Of a DNA stretch of 44,698 bases, positions 26,923-36,214 are shown piece after piece. Positions within the stretch are counted from its first letter, which is position 1. The number at the start of each line of letters is the position of its first letter. Source of the DNA: Shigella phage 1b; the sequence record OR420686; one strand, written 5' to 3'. The position numbers and the translations under genes were made by a program. Under the pieces are notes generated by a model. The model was not told the origin of the DNA. It did no database searches and worked only from the letters and a program-made list of their open reading frames with translations.

Positions 26923-29900
26923 CGATTATCTACGACGTCACAGGGCATAAAGGCGGCGGCGGCAAACAGCACACCCCACAGGAGACGCCCGATAGCCTGC
27001 ATTCGCTGGCTAAAATCCGCATCTTGCTCGCACTGGGTGAAGGGGAATTCGAAAGTATTACCAGCGCCAGCGAATTGCGTCAGCGTGTATATCTGGACGG
27101 AACACCGATCCAGAACGCGGATCTGTCCGAAAACTTCCCCGGCGCGCGCGTGGAGTTCCGCCCAGGTACACAGCACCAGGATGTGATCCACGGATTTTCG
27201 GCGGTGGAAAGTGAGCAATCTGTCGGCGTAAAACTGGAAAACGGCACGCCGTGGGTGCGCCAGATTAACGATACCAGTCTGGACGCCGTGCGCATTCGAA
27301 TCGGTATTCCGGCCCTGTACACTAGCGAAGATAATGGCGACCTTGTGGGCGGGCGCATCGACTATAAGATCGTTGTGTATACAGATAACGCAGACCCGCG
27401 TGAGTTTACATTCGCTGCCGTTGGTAAAACTATGTCGCTGTACGAGCGCGATCACCGCATCGAACTACCGCCGAACGTAAATACCGGCTGGCGCGTAGAG
27501 GTGCACCGCATAACGGCGGACTCCACATCGGCAAAAGTGGTTAACGATATCCAGGTGCAATCTATCACTGAGATTATCGACGCCCGTCTTCGCTACCCGC
27601 TAACCGCGCTGTTGTTTGTGGAGTTCGACGCCAAAGCGTTCCAGAACATCCCGCGCGTGTCCATCAAGTGCAAAGGCCGCAAAGTTCTAATACCGAACAA
27701 CTACGACCCGATTAATCATACCTATTCCGGGGACTGGGACGGCACGTTTAAACGCGCATGGACGGATAACCCTGCGTGGCACTGGTACGATATTTGTATT
27801 ACTGAGCGCTTCGGCCTCGGTCGGCGTATCAAACCGCAAATGCTAAACCGGTACGCGCTCTACCAGATTGCGCAGCGCTGCGACCAGTTGGTCAGCGACG
27901 GCAACGGCGGACGGGAAATACGATTTAAGAATGATATGTACATCCAGTCGCAGACAGACGCCTGGACAGTGCTTAAGGATTTGGCTGCCATCTTCGCCGG
28001 AATGACCTGGTGGGGCAACCAGATGTTGAATATCGTCAGTGACCAACCGGTCGCAGCAGTGTCGCACACTATCACCAACGCCTCGGTTATTGATGGTCGA
28101 TTCGACTACGCATCTGGCAGCCAGAAAACGCGCTATTCCACATTCGCGGTAGCATACGGCAATCCGAAAAACCACTATGATGATGCCATCGCAACGGGGC
28201 AACGTGTAGAACTGGTACGCCGCCATAAGATTAACCGTCTTGATATTACGGCGATCGGCTGTACGCGTGAATCTGAAGCGCAACGACGCGGGCACTGGGC
28301 GCTAATCTCAAACCAGCTTGACCAGCAAGTTAGTTTTAAGGTGGGTATGGAGGGGTTATTCTTTATCCCCGGTAGCGTAGTCGCGATCGCAGATACTAAT
28401 ATTTCTGGCGGATTCGAGACTCGTGGCGGGCGACTGTTGTCGGACCCCGGAACGCGTACCGTGCTGAACACGGACGGCGAAATCACGTTCCGCCCCGGTG
28501 ATAAATTCCTGGTACGCACCGATAGCGGTAATGTGGAGACTCGCGAGATCGTCAGCGTCAACGGCAACAAGGTTACACTAAAAACCGCACTGGACGCCGA
28601 CCCGATCCCTGACCAGCCGTTTTGCGTTGATGGCGATGATATCCAGTTGCAGAAATTCCGCATCACCGACCTTGAATATGACGACTCTACCAGCACCTTT
28701 TCAGTGCGCGGGATCGAGTACAACGACAGCAAATATGATGCCGTTGATAATGGCGCTCGTCTTGACCCGGGCATCTTTACGCAAGTGCCTGACGGCGTAA
28801 TGAAGGGGCCGGAGTCCGTGACCATCACCCCTTCGCAGATTTCATCGCAAGGCCAGCTAATCACCAACGTGGATATTGTTTTCCCACCGGTGAAGGATGC
28901 CGTTGTCTATGAAATCCAGTGGCGACGCACCAGCTTGCAGAATCTGGAAATCCAGTGGGGAAACGACTGGGTGAACATCCCACGCACGGCATCGAACGGT
29001 GCGCACATCCCTAACGTGTTCTCCGGTAACTATCAGGCACGCGTCCGCGCAATCGGTATGGGCGAAATCTCGTCCCCGTGGGTGTCGTCCCCCATCACGC
29101 CGGTGGAAGGTCGCCTCGGTGGTCTTAACGCGCCTATCATCACCAACGCGATTTCTGGCCTCCACCAGATCCTATGGAAGTGGAATCACAACAACGCCGC
29201 GACGGATATTTCATACACCGAGCTCGAAGTGCGCAAGACCGGTGAAACGGAATGGAAATTTCTTACCAACGTCCCATATCCGGGGGCGGAGTATGCGCAA
29301 ACGTCGCTGGAGTTCGGGATCTACCAGCAGTTGCGCGCCCGCGTAGCAGATAAAATCGGCAACCTGTCAGACTGGTCGGCCCCGTTTGAAGGCCAGGTGA
29401 GTGACAAAGTTGACGAGTACATGAAGGGGCTTGATGACGAGTTCTTGACTTCCGAGGATGGAAAACACTTCCAGGAAGCAATAGACACCATTCCGCAAGG
29501 CATTTATGAATCAATGCTTACGGATGCTCAGCAGCTATTCAATGCCCGATCCGAGTATAAAGGGATTTATGCGGAAATCACGGTGGCGTATAACGTGGCA
29601 GCGGATGCCCACAAGGCGGTCGCGCAACTTGAGACGTTGATCGGCACGCGCCTTGACGATGCGGAAGCGGCGATCCACACGTTGCAGACCGCGCAAAGCA
29701 CGCATGAACAAGCCTTCGCCCAGTACCAACAAACTGTTGCCGCTAAGTTCGGGGAACAGGAAGCTGCAATCCAGCAGGTACAAACGGCAACGGCAGACGT
29801 AGCGGGCGCGCTGGCGGAGTACAAGACCCAGGTGGCGGCACAGTTCGGTCAGCAGTCTGCCGCTATTGAGCAGAAGATGACGTCAACGTTTAACCATGCC

Positions 29901-30338
29901 GGTGGCAACGCCACATACAGCCTTAAGGCGGGCGTGACATATAACGGGACTTACTATGACGCCGGTATGCAGCTTTCCGTAGTGGCGGAAGGCGGCGCGG
30001 TTAAATCCCGCATCGCATTCAAAGCAGACCAATTCTACATAATGCACCCATCTAACGGGTCGCTTTCGTCCGCGTTTATCGTAGACGGCGGCGCGGTGTA
30101 TATTGACACGGCACGCATCAAAGACGCGACTATCAACTTCGCGCAGATCACGGACACGTTGCAATCTAATAACTATGACGGCAACACGCGTGGTTGGCGC
30201 TTAGGGAAAGACGGAACGTTTATCAACCTGGGGACTGGAAGCGGTGGTGGTACAAAGCAGACCAACACCAACTACAGCGTTAAAGACGAGAACGGTGTTT
30301 TACGCGTGCAAATTGGCGAGCTTACTGGTCGCTGGTAG
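26919..30338 (+). CDS. central tail fibre / host specificity protein (lambda J-like)
   Basis: 1139 aa; N-terminal MTIIYDVTGHKGGGGK...LHSLAKIRILLALGEGE typical of gpJ-family proteins; canonical position. Confidence 0.85.
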   Translation: MTIIYDVTGHKGGGGKQHTPQETPDSLHSLAKIRILLALGEGEFESITSASELRQRVYLDGTPIQNADLSENFPGARVEFRPGTQHQDVIHGFSAVESEQSVGVKLENGTPWVRQINDTSLDAVRIRIGIPALYTSEDNGDLVGGRIDYKIVVYTDNADPREFTFAAVGKTMSLYERDHRIELPPNVNTGWRVEVHRITADSTSAKVVNDIQVQSITEIIDARLRYPLTALLFVEFDAKAFQNIPRVSIKCKGRKVLIPNNYDPINHTYSGDWDGTFKRAWTDNPAWHWYDICITERFGLGRRIKPQMLNRYALYQIAQRCDQLVSDGNGGREIRFKNDMYIQSQTDAWTVLKDLAAIFAGMTWWGNQMLNIVSDQPVAAVSHTITNASVIDGRFDYASGSQKTRYSTFAVAYGNPKNHYDDAIATGQRVELVRRHKINRLDITAIGCTRESEAQRRGHWALISNQLDQQVSFKVGMEGLFFIPGSVVAIADTNISGGFETRGGRLLSDPGTRTVLNTDGEITFRPGDKFLVRTDSGNVETREIVSVNGNKVTLKTALDADPIPDQPFCVDGDDIQLQKFRITDLEYDDSTSTFSVRGIEYNDSKYDAVDNGARLDPGIFTQVPDGVMKGPESVTITPSQISSQGQLITNVDIVFPPVKDAVVYEIQWRRTSLQNLEIQWGNDWVNIPRTASNGAHIPNVFSGNYQARVRAIGMGEISSPWVSSPITPVEGRLGGLNAPIITNAISGLHQILWKWNHNNAATDISYTELEVRKTGETEWKFLTNVPYPGAEYAQTSLEFGIYQQLRARVADKIGNLSDWSAPFEGQVSDKVDEYMKGLDDEFLTSEDGKHFQEAIDTIPQGIYESMLTDAQQLFNARSEYKGIYAEITVAYNVAADAHKAVAQLETLIGTRLDDAEAAIHTLQTAQSTHEQAFAQYQQTVAAKFGEQEAAIQQVQTATADVAGALAEYKTQVAAQFGQQSAAIEQKMTSTFNHAGGNATYSLKAGVTYNGTYYDAGMQLSVVAEGGAVKSRIAFKADQFYIMHPSNGSLSSAFIVDGGAVYIDTARIKDATINFAQITDTLQSNNYDGNTRGWRLGKDGTFINLGTGSGGGTKQTNTNYSVKDENGVLRVQIGELTGRW

Positions 30339-30340
30339 TA

Positions 30341-30361
30341 TGGGGCTTCGGCCCCTTTTTA
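30341..30361 (+). terminator. rho-independent terminator
   Basis: ggggcttcggcccc followed by TTTTT. Confidence 0.65.
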
Positions 30362-30373
30362 ACGAGGTTATTT

Positions 30374-30676
30374 ATGGCATTCGGTATCGCAACGTGGGAC
30401 GCGCAAGGACGCCCAAACAACTACGGCATTAAACCGGTAAGCGTGATCGGAAGGATTCATCTTGCGGAAGGACAAAAATCAGGCGCATGGTCATTCCCTG
30501 TACCGGCGGGGATGAAAGTCGGATACGTGGTCGCACTGGATAAAGGCGCGGTCGGGCCCGGACGCAGAATAACCGCCAGCGGGAACACTATCACGGTTTC
30601 CGCGGCAAGTGAGGTTGGTGGCGGGGTTTACTCCGCATCTGAATGTGACGTTATTGTTTTTGTGGAGCGAGCATAA
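30374..30676 (+). CDS. hypothetical protein (100 aa)
   Basis: GAGG RBS; downstream of the J-like gene. Confidence 0.5.
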   Translation: MAFGIATWDAQGRPNNYGIKPVSVIGRIHLAEGQKSGAWSFPVPAGMKVGYVVALDKGAVGPGRRITASGNTITVSAASEVGGGVYSASECDVIVFVERA

Positions 30677-31350
30677 TGGCTAATTACGGCGCGTTGATTG
30701 ACTTACCAAACGGCAACCCGTTTATCACGCCAGAATCGACGCCGTTTTGTCTATTCCGCCGTGTGGTTGTTGGGTCTTCGGCTAACGGCACTGCGCAGTC
30801 GGCGGCTGCCGATATTAATTTGGGTGGTGACTACCCGGCAATAGCGTTTGTGAAAACTACGCACACCGCCCAGCCGACCGTCGTAGGGTCTTCTCGCGTT
30901 GGTAATGTGGTGAAGGTGAGCGCCAGCAATCCATTCGGGCAAGGCTTCACGATGACGGCTTACATCTTTGCCGTATTCCCACAGACCCTTCCGCGGTGGG
31001 GCTTCGCTATTTGGGATAAGACGGGCAAGCTAGTGCTTACTAATGAGAGTCGCGTACTAAGTGATTTAGTTACCGTCGGATCGCCAGGCGCTAACGGGGG
31101 GATTAACATTGACCAGACGCTAAACGGCAGCTACGCCGTCGCTCCGGGCATATTGGGGTCTACGCTGATCCGGTTTTTTGTGCAGGGCCAGCCGCAAGTA
31201 ATATCGGTGACGGCGTACACGGGGGCCAGATTTGATGGGTCGCGAACACGTATATCGGCAGCGTCGTCGGGGAACGCCGCGGGGGATGTGGTGGGGTATA
31301 CTAACAACGGCAACGCGATTATGGCGATTAACACTGCCAATTATGATTGA
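30676..31350 (+). CDS. hypothetical protein (224 aa), Gly/Ser/Thr/Asn-rich, possibly tail-associated
   Basis: Composition resembles fibre/receptor-binding accessory proteins; position. Confidence 0.45.
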   Translation: MANYGALIDLPNGNPFITPESTPFCLFRRVVVGSSANGTAQSAAADINLGGDYPAIAFVKTTHTAQPTVVGSSRVGNVVKVSASNPFGQGFTMTAYIFAVFPQTLPRWGFAIWDKTGKLVLTNESRVLSDLVTVGSPGANGGINIDQTLNGSYAVAPGILGSTLIRFFVQGQPQVISVTAYTGARFDGSRTRISAASSGNAAGDVVGYTNNGNAIMAINTANYD

Positions 31351-31369
31351 AGAAAGCCCCTTTCGGGGC

Positions 31370-31588
31370 TTACTTGCAGGTGGTGCTTTTGAAGTGGTCT
31401 ACCGACACATACTGGAAGTTGAACGGATACCCAGCCCGTAACATTTTATGACCGCTAACGTCTGCAACCCCAAACACCGGGACTGAATACTCCATGCCAC
31501 TATTCATGTATGTCGCGTCGCAGATTTTAGACGGCATGTTGGCACAACCTGACAAAAGAACCGCACAAATCATAATTAAAGTTTTCAT
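31370..31588 (-). CDS. small lipoprotein (72 aa), candidate superinfection-exclusion factor
   Basis: Track ORF trimmed to MKTLIMICAVLLSGC (signal peptide plus lipobox LLSGC); AGGAGAT RBS; opposite strand to the flanking tail genes. Confidence 0.55.
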   Translation of the reverse strand: MKTLIMICAVLLSGCANMPSKICDATYMNSGMEYSVPVFGVADVSGHKMLRAGYPFNFQYVSVDHFKSTTCK

Positions 31589-31668
31589 GGTATCATCTCC
31601 TATATTTGGTTGGGTTTTAGTATTGCACCTCTCAACCAAGAATGCAACCAATTTATGAGGATTCAGCT

Positions 31669-33264
31669 ATGGCAGCGGGTACACTATCCGTAACGAATAA
31701 CAGCAAGGCGGTAGTCGGTGTCGGCACAACGTTTACCGCGCTTAAAGCTGGCGACTTTCTGTCGCTGGTAGTGGGGCAAGTCCCTTATACTGTTGCTATT
31801 GCGTCCGTCGAAAGCAACACCGCGCTTACGCTGGTGCTGCCGTTCGACGGCCCTACGGCAACCGGCCTTGGTTGGGATAGCGTAGCGCGCGATACCATGT
31901 CGCTGGCGACGATGGGTGTAACCGTCCAGGCACAGAAAGCACTTCGTATGCTGATCGCGGACGAAAACAACTGGCGTGCAATCTTCGGAGACGCTGAAGA
32001 AATCTCTGTCACGCTGCCTAATGGTCAGGTAATGCAGGGCATGTCCTGGGGCTACCTGTCGCAATTGCTGAAGGACGTAGACCCCGTTGAGATGCGCAAC
32101 CTGCAACAGCAAGCGGCCGCATCGGAAGCCGCCGCGCAAGGATTTCGCAATGAGGCCGAAGGCTTCAAGACTGAGACGGCAGGGATTCGCGACGACACCG
32201 ACCGGATTAAGGCGGATACGCAGGCCATCAAAGACCAGACGAACCAGATCAAGACTGACACCGGCGCTATGCGGGACGAGGCCAACACCGCCAATACTGC
32301 CGCGCAAGCCGCCAACACTGCCGCGCAAGCCGCCAGCGCTGCCGCGCAGGGGTACCGGAACGAGGCCGAACAATTCAAGAATGAGATCGACCCGTCGAGA
32401 TTGCTGGCAAAGGCCAACAACCTGAGCGACGTTGCCGACACAACGGCAGCGCGGGGTAACTTAGGCTTGGGGTCTGCGGCGACGCTAGATGCCGGCACGT
32501 CTGGGAATAAAGTGCCAAAACTAAACAATGCAAACACATGGTCGCGGCCGCAAACTTTCATAACCCCATTAGCGGTCGAGTCTGGCGGTACTGGCGTAAA
32601 CAGGGTCGAGGATCTATGGCCCGTGGTACGACCGCTCGATGTGTTTGGTAACGTCGGACGCTTTTTTGGAATACCGGACAGTATTCCCAAAAACCACATC
32701 TGGATGTGGAACCCGGCGGACACGCCGGCGTCAGGTTGGGCGAACTATTTAGAAGGCGGATGGTTCAATGGCGCGTGGCGTATCGGTGGTATACGTGGTT
32801 CAGGTCAGGATATGGCAGCATGCCAACTGTCAGTTTACAGCGGTCAGGGTATGAATAGCGACTATGTATTCAATAACAACGGCACCGCAAGCGCCGCAAA
32901 CTGGGTCAACACATCCGACATAAGAGTAAAACGCGATATAGCTAAAATAGAAGACCCGCTAACTAAGATGCGCTCTATTCGAGGCGTATCATGGACTATG
33001 CGCTTCAAAAACAACCCCCTTAAAGGTTTCGGTTTTATCGCACAGGAAGTGCAAAAGTATTTTCCTGATGCTGTTAGAGTGGTAAACCAAAACCCTGTCA
33101 CACTTGAAGACGATACCGTTGTTGAGGATGTAATGAGCGTTGACACCGCGGGAGTGTCCGCCGCGCTACATCACGAAGCCATACTAGCACTGATGGATAA
33201 AATGGAGGATATGCAGAAAGAACTGGAGGCGTTGAAAGCCGAGCTAGCGGCGATGAGGAAATAA
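31669..33264 (+). CDS. tail fibre protein with C-terminal intramolecular chaperone (S74-like) domain
   Basis: Track ORF trimmed to MAAGTLSV (GAGGA RBS); fibre repeat GTLSVTNNSKAVVGVGTTF; Ala/Gln coiled-coil region; C-terminal SDIRVKRDIAKIEDPL...GFGFIAQEVQKYFP typical of auto-cleaving chaperone domains. Confidence 0.75.
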   Translation: MAAGTLSVTNNSKAVVGVGTTFTALKAGDFLSLVVGQVPYTVAIASVESNTALTLVLPFDGPTATGLGWDSVARDTMSLATMGVTVQAQKALRMLIADENNWRAIFGDAEEISVTLPNGQVMQGMSWGYLSQLLKDVDPVEMRNLQQQAAASEAAAQGFRNEAEGFKTETAGIRDDTDRIKADTQAIKDQTNQIKTDTGAMRDEANTANTAAQAANTAAQAASAAAQGYRNEAEQFKNEIDPSRLLAKANNLSDVADTTAARGNLGLGSAATLDAGTSGNKVPKLNNANTWSRPQTFITPLAVESGGTGVNRVEDLWPVVRPLDVFGNVGRFFGIPDSIPKNHIWMWNPADTPASGWANYLEGGWFNGAWRIGGIRGSGQDMAACQLSVYSGQGMNSDYVFNNNGTASAANWVNTSDIRVKRDIAKIEDPLTKMRSIRGVSWTMRFKNNPLKGFGFIAQEVQKYFPDAVRVVNQNPVTLEDDTVVEDVMSVDTAGVSAALHHEAILALMDKMEDMQKELEALKAELAAMRK

Positions 33265-33266
33265 TA

Positions 33267-33289
33267 GGGGCCGTATGGCCCCATTTTTA
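33267..33289. terminator. bidirectional terminator hairpin between convergent transcription units
   Basis: ggggccgtatggcccc followed by atttttag on the plus strand; lies between the tail fibre stop and the stop of minus gene 33287..33862. Confidence 0.6.
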
Positions 33290-33862
33290 GTTTGAGTTTT
33301 CCCAGTCCATTTTGCGACGCACCAGCGGGCTTTCGTAGTATTCCTTACCGTCCACTTCCACCAGAGGCCAGTCGTTCACAATCACGTATGGCTCCGCGAT
33401 ATCCTCGATCACGCCGTGCGCGCTTTGCGGCCCTAACGATACGCCCACCAGGATAACACCGGCAACGCGACGGGTAAGGTATTCGCGAGCGCAACGTGCC
33501 TCAACCAGACCGCGACGGATGCCGCTGGTGGCCTTAACCTCGTAAGTCCATACGGCATCGATCACATGCTCGCGGAAGTCGGGGCCGGACTTAACCTTGC
33601 GTTTGCCGACCATGATAATATCGCCGCGGTCGATTGTGTTAGCGCTAAACAGGCCGGTACGCATTAGCAAACCTTGCGGGATACAGCTACGCCCGCCCGC
33701 CTGCCCTTCGAGGTACATGCCTGCAAACATCTCGCCAAGCACACCGACAAGACGGCTTTGCTTGCACGCGTCAGACTTGTATCGCCACTGGTCAAACTCG
33801 ATGCTTGCAATCATTGCCGCCAGGTGGAATTGTTTACCGGTTATTTCGTATTCGCCATACAT
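33287..33862 (-). CDS. hypothetical protein (191 aa); possible PD-(D/E)XK-like nuclease fold
   Basis: GAGGG RBS; D...EVK arrangement (IDRGDIIMV ... TYEVKA) loosely resembles the PD-(D/E)XK core. Confidence 0.5.
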   Translation of the reverse strand: MYGEYEITGKQFHLAAMIASIEFDQWRYKSDACKQSRLVGVLGEMFAGMYLEGQAGGRSCIPQGLLMRTGLFSANTIDRGDIIMVGKRKVKSGPDFREHVIDAVWTYEVKATSGIRRGLVEARCAREYLTRRVAGVILVGVSLGPQSAHGVIEDIAEPYVIVNDWPLVEVDGKEYYESPLVRRKMDWENSN

Positions 33863-33903
33863 TGTGAATCCCTCATTGATGCGGGCCTAAGCCCGCGATT
33901 AAA

Positions 33904-34461
33904 TTATTTAAGTGCGCCAGTCACCAGTGTTTTTTCCATGTTACGGAAATCTTCCTGCGTCATGCAGATTTTAGATCCGTCTTCGCCCATGAGCACGACC
34001 ATAGGCTGGACGTCTTGGGCTACAACCCCAAAATCGTTGGCCTTCACCGTCTTGCCCGCGGAAGAATGCCCGCCTTTGAGGCTGTCGAATTGTGCTGCCG
34101 TTGTATCGATCTGAATCTCACCGTCGAGACGCACGGACAGGCCTTTGAGGCTATCGCATTGCGCTGCCGTTATGTCGATTTGAATCTCGTCATGCACGGT
34201 CATGTAAGACTCGCCCAGCAGGGCGGCATACGCCACCAGGTCCACGATATTATCTTCCTGGTGCTTACGGTGCTGGCGCACCAGCTTCAGACAGATCAGG
34301 AAGGTCCAGGCTTCTTGCTCGGTAAGGTCGCGCCCGGTAAGCGCGTTAAACACGGCAGCGATTTGTTTAGCGATGCGTTCTTCATGGTCGTCATAGCCGT
34401 TTTCTTTCCCGCGCTGTTCCATAGTGGTGGCGGCGTTTTTGCAGTATTCGTATGCTTTCAC
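33904..34461 (-). CDS. hypothetical protein (185 aa) with an internal 23-aa tandem repeat
   Basis: GTG start with AAGGG RBS; 69-bp tandem duplication at about 34072-34209 encodes EIQID(I/T)TAAQ(C/F)DSLKG twice. Confidence 0.55.
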   Translation of the reverse strand: MKAYEYCKNAATTMEQRGKENGYDDHEERIAKQIAAVFNALTGRDLTEQEAWTFLICLKLVRQHRKHQEDNIVDLVAYAALLGESYMTVHDEIQIDITAAQCDSLKGLSVRLDGEIQIDTTAAQFDSLKGGHSSAGKTVKANDFGVVAQDVQPMVVLMGEDGSKICMTQEDFRNMEKTLVTGALK

Positions 34462-34507
34462 AGTATTACCCTTTTAGTGAGGGGGCTGTATTGCCCCCGA
34501 CACGTTT

Positions 34508-34537
34508 ACTATAGTGCAACCAACCTATTGGTTGCAA
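34508..34537 (-). promoter_or_regulatory. sigma70-like promoter (TTGCAA-N18-TATAGT) containing the palindrome TGCAACCAA-ccta-TTGGTTGCA
   Basis: Read on the reverse complement; perfect 9-bp inverted repeat with 4-bp spacer at about 34515-34536 sits in the spacer. Confidence 0.5.
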
Positions 34538-34995
34538 GTGAATTTTGCAACGTTTATTGCGTAAATTTTAGGGACCAAATCACCACACGCCCGACGAATT
34601 GCCGCGATGTTCTTCTCGCAATCTTCAATGATGACCAGTTCAGACACGTCCGCGTAACAGACCATTTTGAACACGGCGCACGCCTTAAACTCTGGCGGCG
34701 GGGTGTCGTCCAGCATGTGGCGCATAAACAACCGGCCTGTCGGGAATACTTCCAGTTGTTCGGCGGTGGTGTCCCAACATTCTCGCTGCCGGTTGGTCAG
34801 ATACGCGATCTCGAAGCCTTGCGCTTTATACATGCGCAACAGCGGCAGCATATCCATGTTCAGATCTTCGCGTGTATGCGCTTTGTGCCACTTCGCCCAG
34901 AAGGTGGATTTTGTTTTTATACCCGGCACCAGGTCGGCCCGCGCATCGCTTGAACCGTTAATAACGCCATCCAAATCGCAAATCAGTAATTTCAT
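34525..34995 (-). CDS. HAD-superfamily hydrolase (putative phosphatase/nucleotidase)
   Basis: N-terminal MKLLICDLDGVI matches HAD motif I; GAGGAA RBS. Confidence 0.6.
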   Translation of the reverse strand: MKLLICDLDGVINGSSDARADLVPGIKTKSTFWAKWHKAHTREDLNMDMLPLLRMYKAQGFEIAYLTNRQRECWDTTAEQLEVFPTGRLFMRHMLDDTPPPEFKACAVFKMVCYADVSELVIIEDCEKNIAAIRRACGDLVPKIYAINVAKFTCNQ

Positions 34996-35225
34996 TTCAA
35001 TTCCTCGATCAGATTCATACGAACAACACGGGCAGAAAAAGCGTCACACACAAGATGGCAACGGGCGGTCATTACAAGCCAGCCGGTAAGGTCCATGCCG
35101 AGCAATTGCTCCGGGCGACTGACCCGCAGCACTTTGTTCTCCCTCGGGTTAATTTGGTAGCGTTTAACAATTTCGTCCACGACGCGCATACTGCGGTCAA
35201 CGACTAAGATATTCATGTAGCTCAC
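34992..35225 (-). CDS. hypothetical protein (77 aa)
   Basis: GTG start per track; overlaps neighbouring genes by a few bases. Confidence 0.4.
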   Translation of the reverse strand: MSYMNILVVDRSMRVVDEIVKRYQINPRENKVLRVSRPEQLLGMDLTGWLVMTARCHLVCDAFSARVVRMNLIEELK

Positions 35226-35682
35226 TCTCGCTCATTATTTCAATTTGTGCGCTGCCGATTGGTGGCGCTTCGTCAAAGATTATCAATTGCTGGCACTTGT
35301 TATTGCTCGGCCCGACTTCACCGGTGACAGCATGTATAAATCGTATCCGCCAGTCCAGAAGAATTATCAGGTTTGCAGTCTTCCGGGCCAACTTCGCCCA
35401 CTTCGTCGACGTGTCCTGATTCAGCAGCATGACAGTCCGTCGTCCGTGCGCTGCGCACTCGACCCACGGCAGCGGATCGGAATACGGCGGGTTGCACCAC
35501 TTCCACCCTTTCAACTCTGACCAGTCCACATCGAGCGCGCTGTTCTCCGCCGTGAAGTAACGCGGCAGCAGGTGGTTGGCGTCGCTCGCCGCCATATCGT
35601 AACGGAATCGGTACTTACGACGCAGTGGTTTAAATAAAGCTGGCGGCGTGCGCCAGCTATCTTTTTGCTCACTCTTCTGCAT
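35197..35682 (-). CDS. DNA N6-adenine methyltransferase (phage Dam family)
   Basis: DSWRTPPALF...YDMAASDANH...WCNPPYS: the NPPY catalytic motif and the N-terminal DxWxTP signature of phage Dam-type methyltransferases. Confidence 0.75.
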   Translation of the reverse strand: MQKSEQKDSWRTPPALFKPLRRKYRFRYDMAASDANHLLPRYFTAENSALDVDWSELKGWKWCNPPYSDPLPWVECAAHGRRTVMLLNQDTSTKWAKLARKTANLIILLDWRIRFIHAVTGEVGPSNNKCQQLIIFDEAPPIGSAQIEIMSESELHEYLSR

Positions 35683-36133
35683 GGTCGGTGTCTATCGCAT
35701 ACAGGGCGATTTTATTGCCGGTTTTGAGAATGCGTTGCACGCGCTTTGTCTCCTCAGCACTAAGCGGGCGCGCGTCCGGGTAGAAGCTGCCATTTGTAGG
35801 GTTGCGCCACGCCATAAGCACCAAATCTTTACGGTCAACCTTAGACTGGCGACCTTTGGGGGGCACGTATCCCTCGGCGCGTTTGCATTGCTCGCGCAGA
35901 CCTTCGGCAGTGATGCGGTTTAGTGCAACGCTGGTGGTGTATCCGGTGCGCTGCATAATCCCCATCAATTCGAATAGCAGTTCGAAGCGCTCCTCTAACT
36001 CCTTGCGCACTTTCTTCTCTCCTTCATATAGCGCCTGGTTGGTGTCCGCCAACGCGTTCGCACGTTCGGCCTGTTCACGGGCTTCGAAGCATTGCGCGGC
36101 CCAGTATGCTTTTTCTTCTTGTAAAATTTTCAT
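35669..36133 (-). CDS. hypothetical protein (154 aa), coiled-coil N-terminus
   Basis: GGAGA RBS; no motif recognised. Confidence 0.5.
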   Translation of the reverse strand: MKILQEEKAYWAAQCFEAREQAERANALADTNQALYEGEKKVRKELEERFELLFELMGIMQRTGYTTSVALNRITAEGLREQCKRAEGYVPPKGRQSKVDRKDLVLMAWRNPTNGSFYPDARPLSAEETKRVQRILKTGNKIALYAIDTDHAEE

Positions 36134-36152
36134 CGTGATGTCTCCAGGTATT

Positions 36153-36178
36153 AAAAAGGGCGTCCAAACCGGACACCC
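36153..36178 (-). terminator. terminator-like hairpin with U tract on the minus strand, in the 5' region of gene 35669..36133
   Basis: gggtgtccggtttggacgccc followed by TTTTT on the minus strand; lies immediately downstream of the predicted promoter at 36181-36209. Confidence 0.4.
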
Positions 36179-36180
36179 TC

Positions 36181-36209
36181 AATATAATGCAACCAATATG
36201 ATTATGCAA
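36181..36209 (-). promoter_or_regulatory. sigma70-like promoter (TTGCAT-N17-TATATT) with two direct TGCAACCAAT motifs
   Basis: Read on the reverse complement; motif copies at about 36188-36197 and 36205-36214. Confidence 0.45.
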
Positions 36210-36214
36210 CCAAT

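Noticed and set aside
31354-31371. Hairpin agcccctttcggggct as a rho-independent terminator for the plus-strand gene 30676..31350
   Set aside because: No T-run follows on the plus strand and only a weak U-rich stretch on the minus strand; kept as an observation only.
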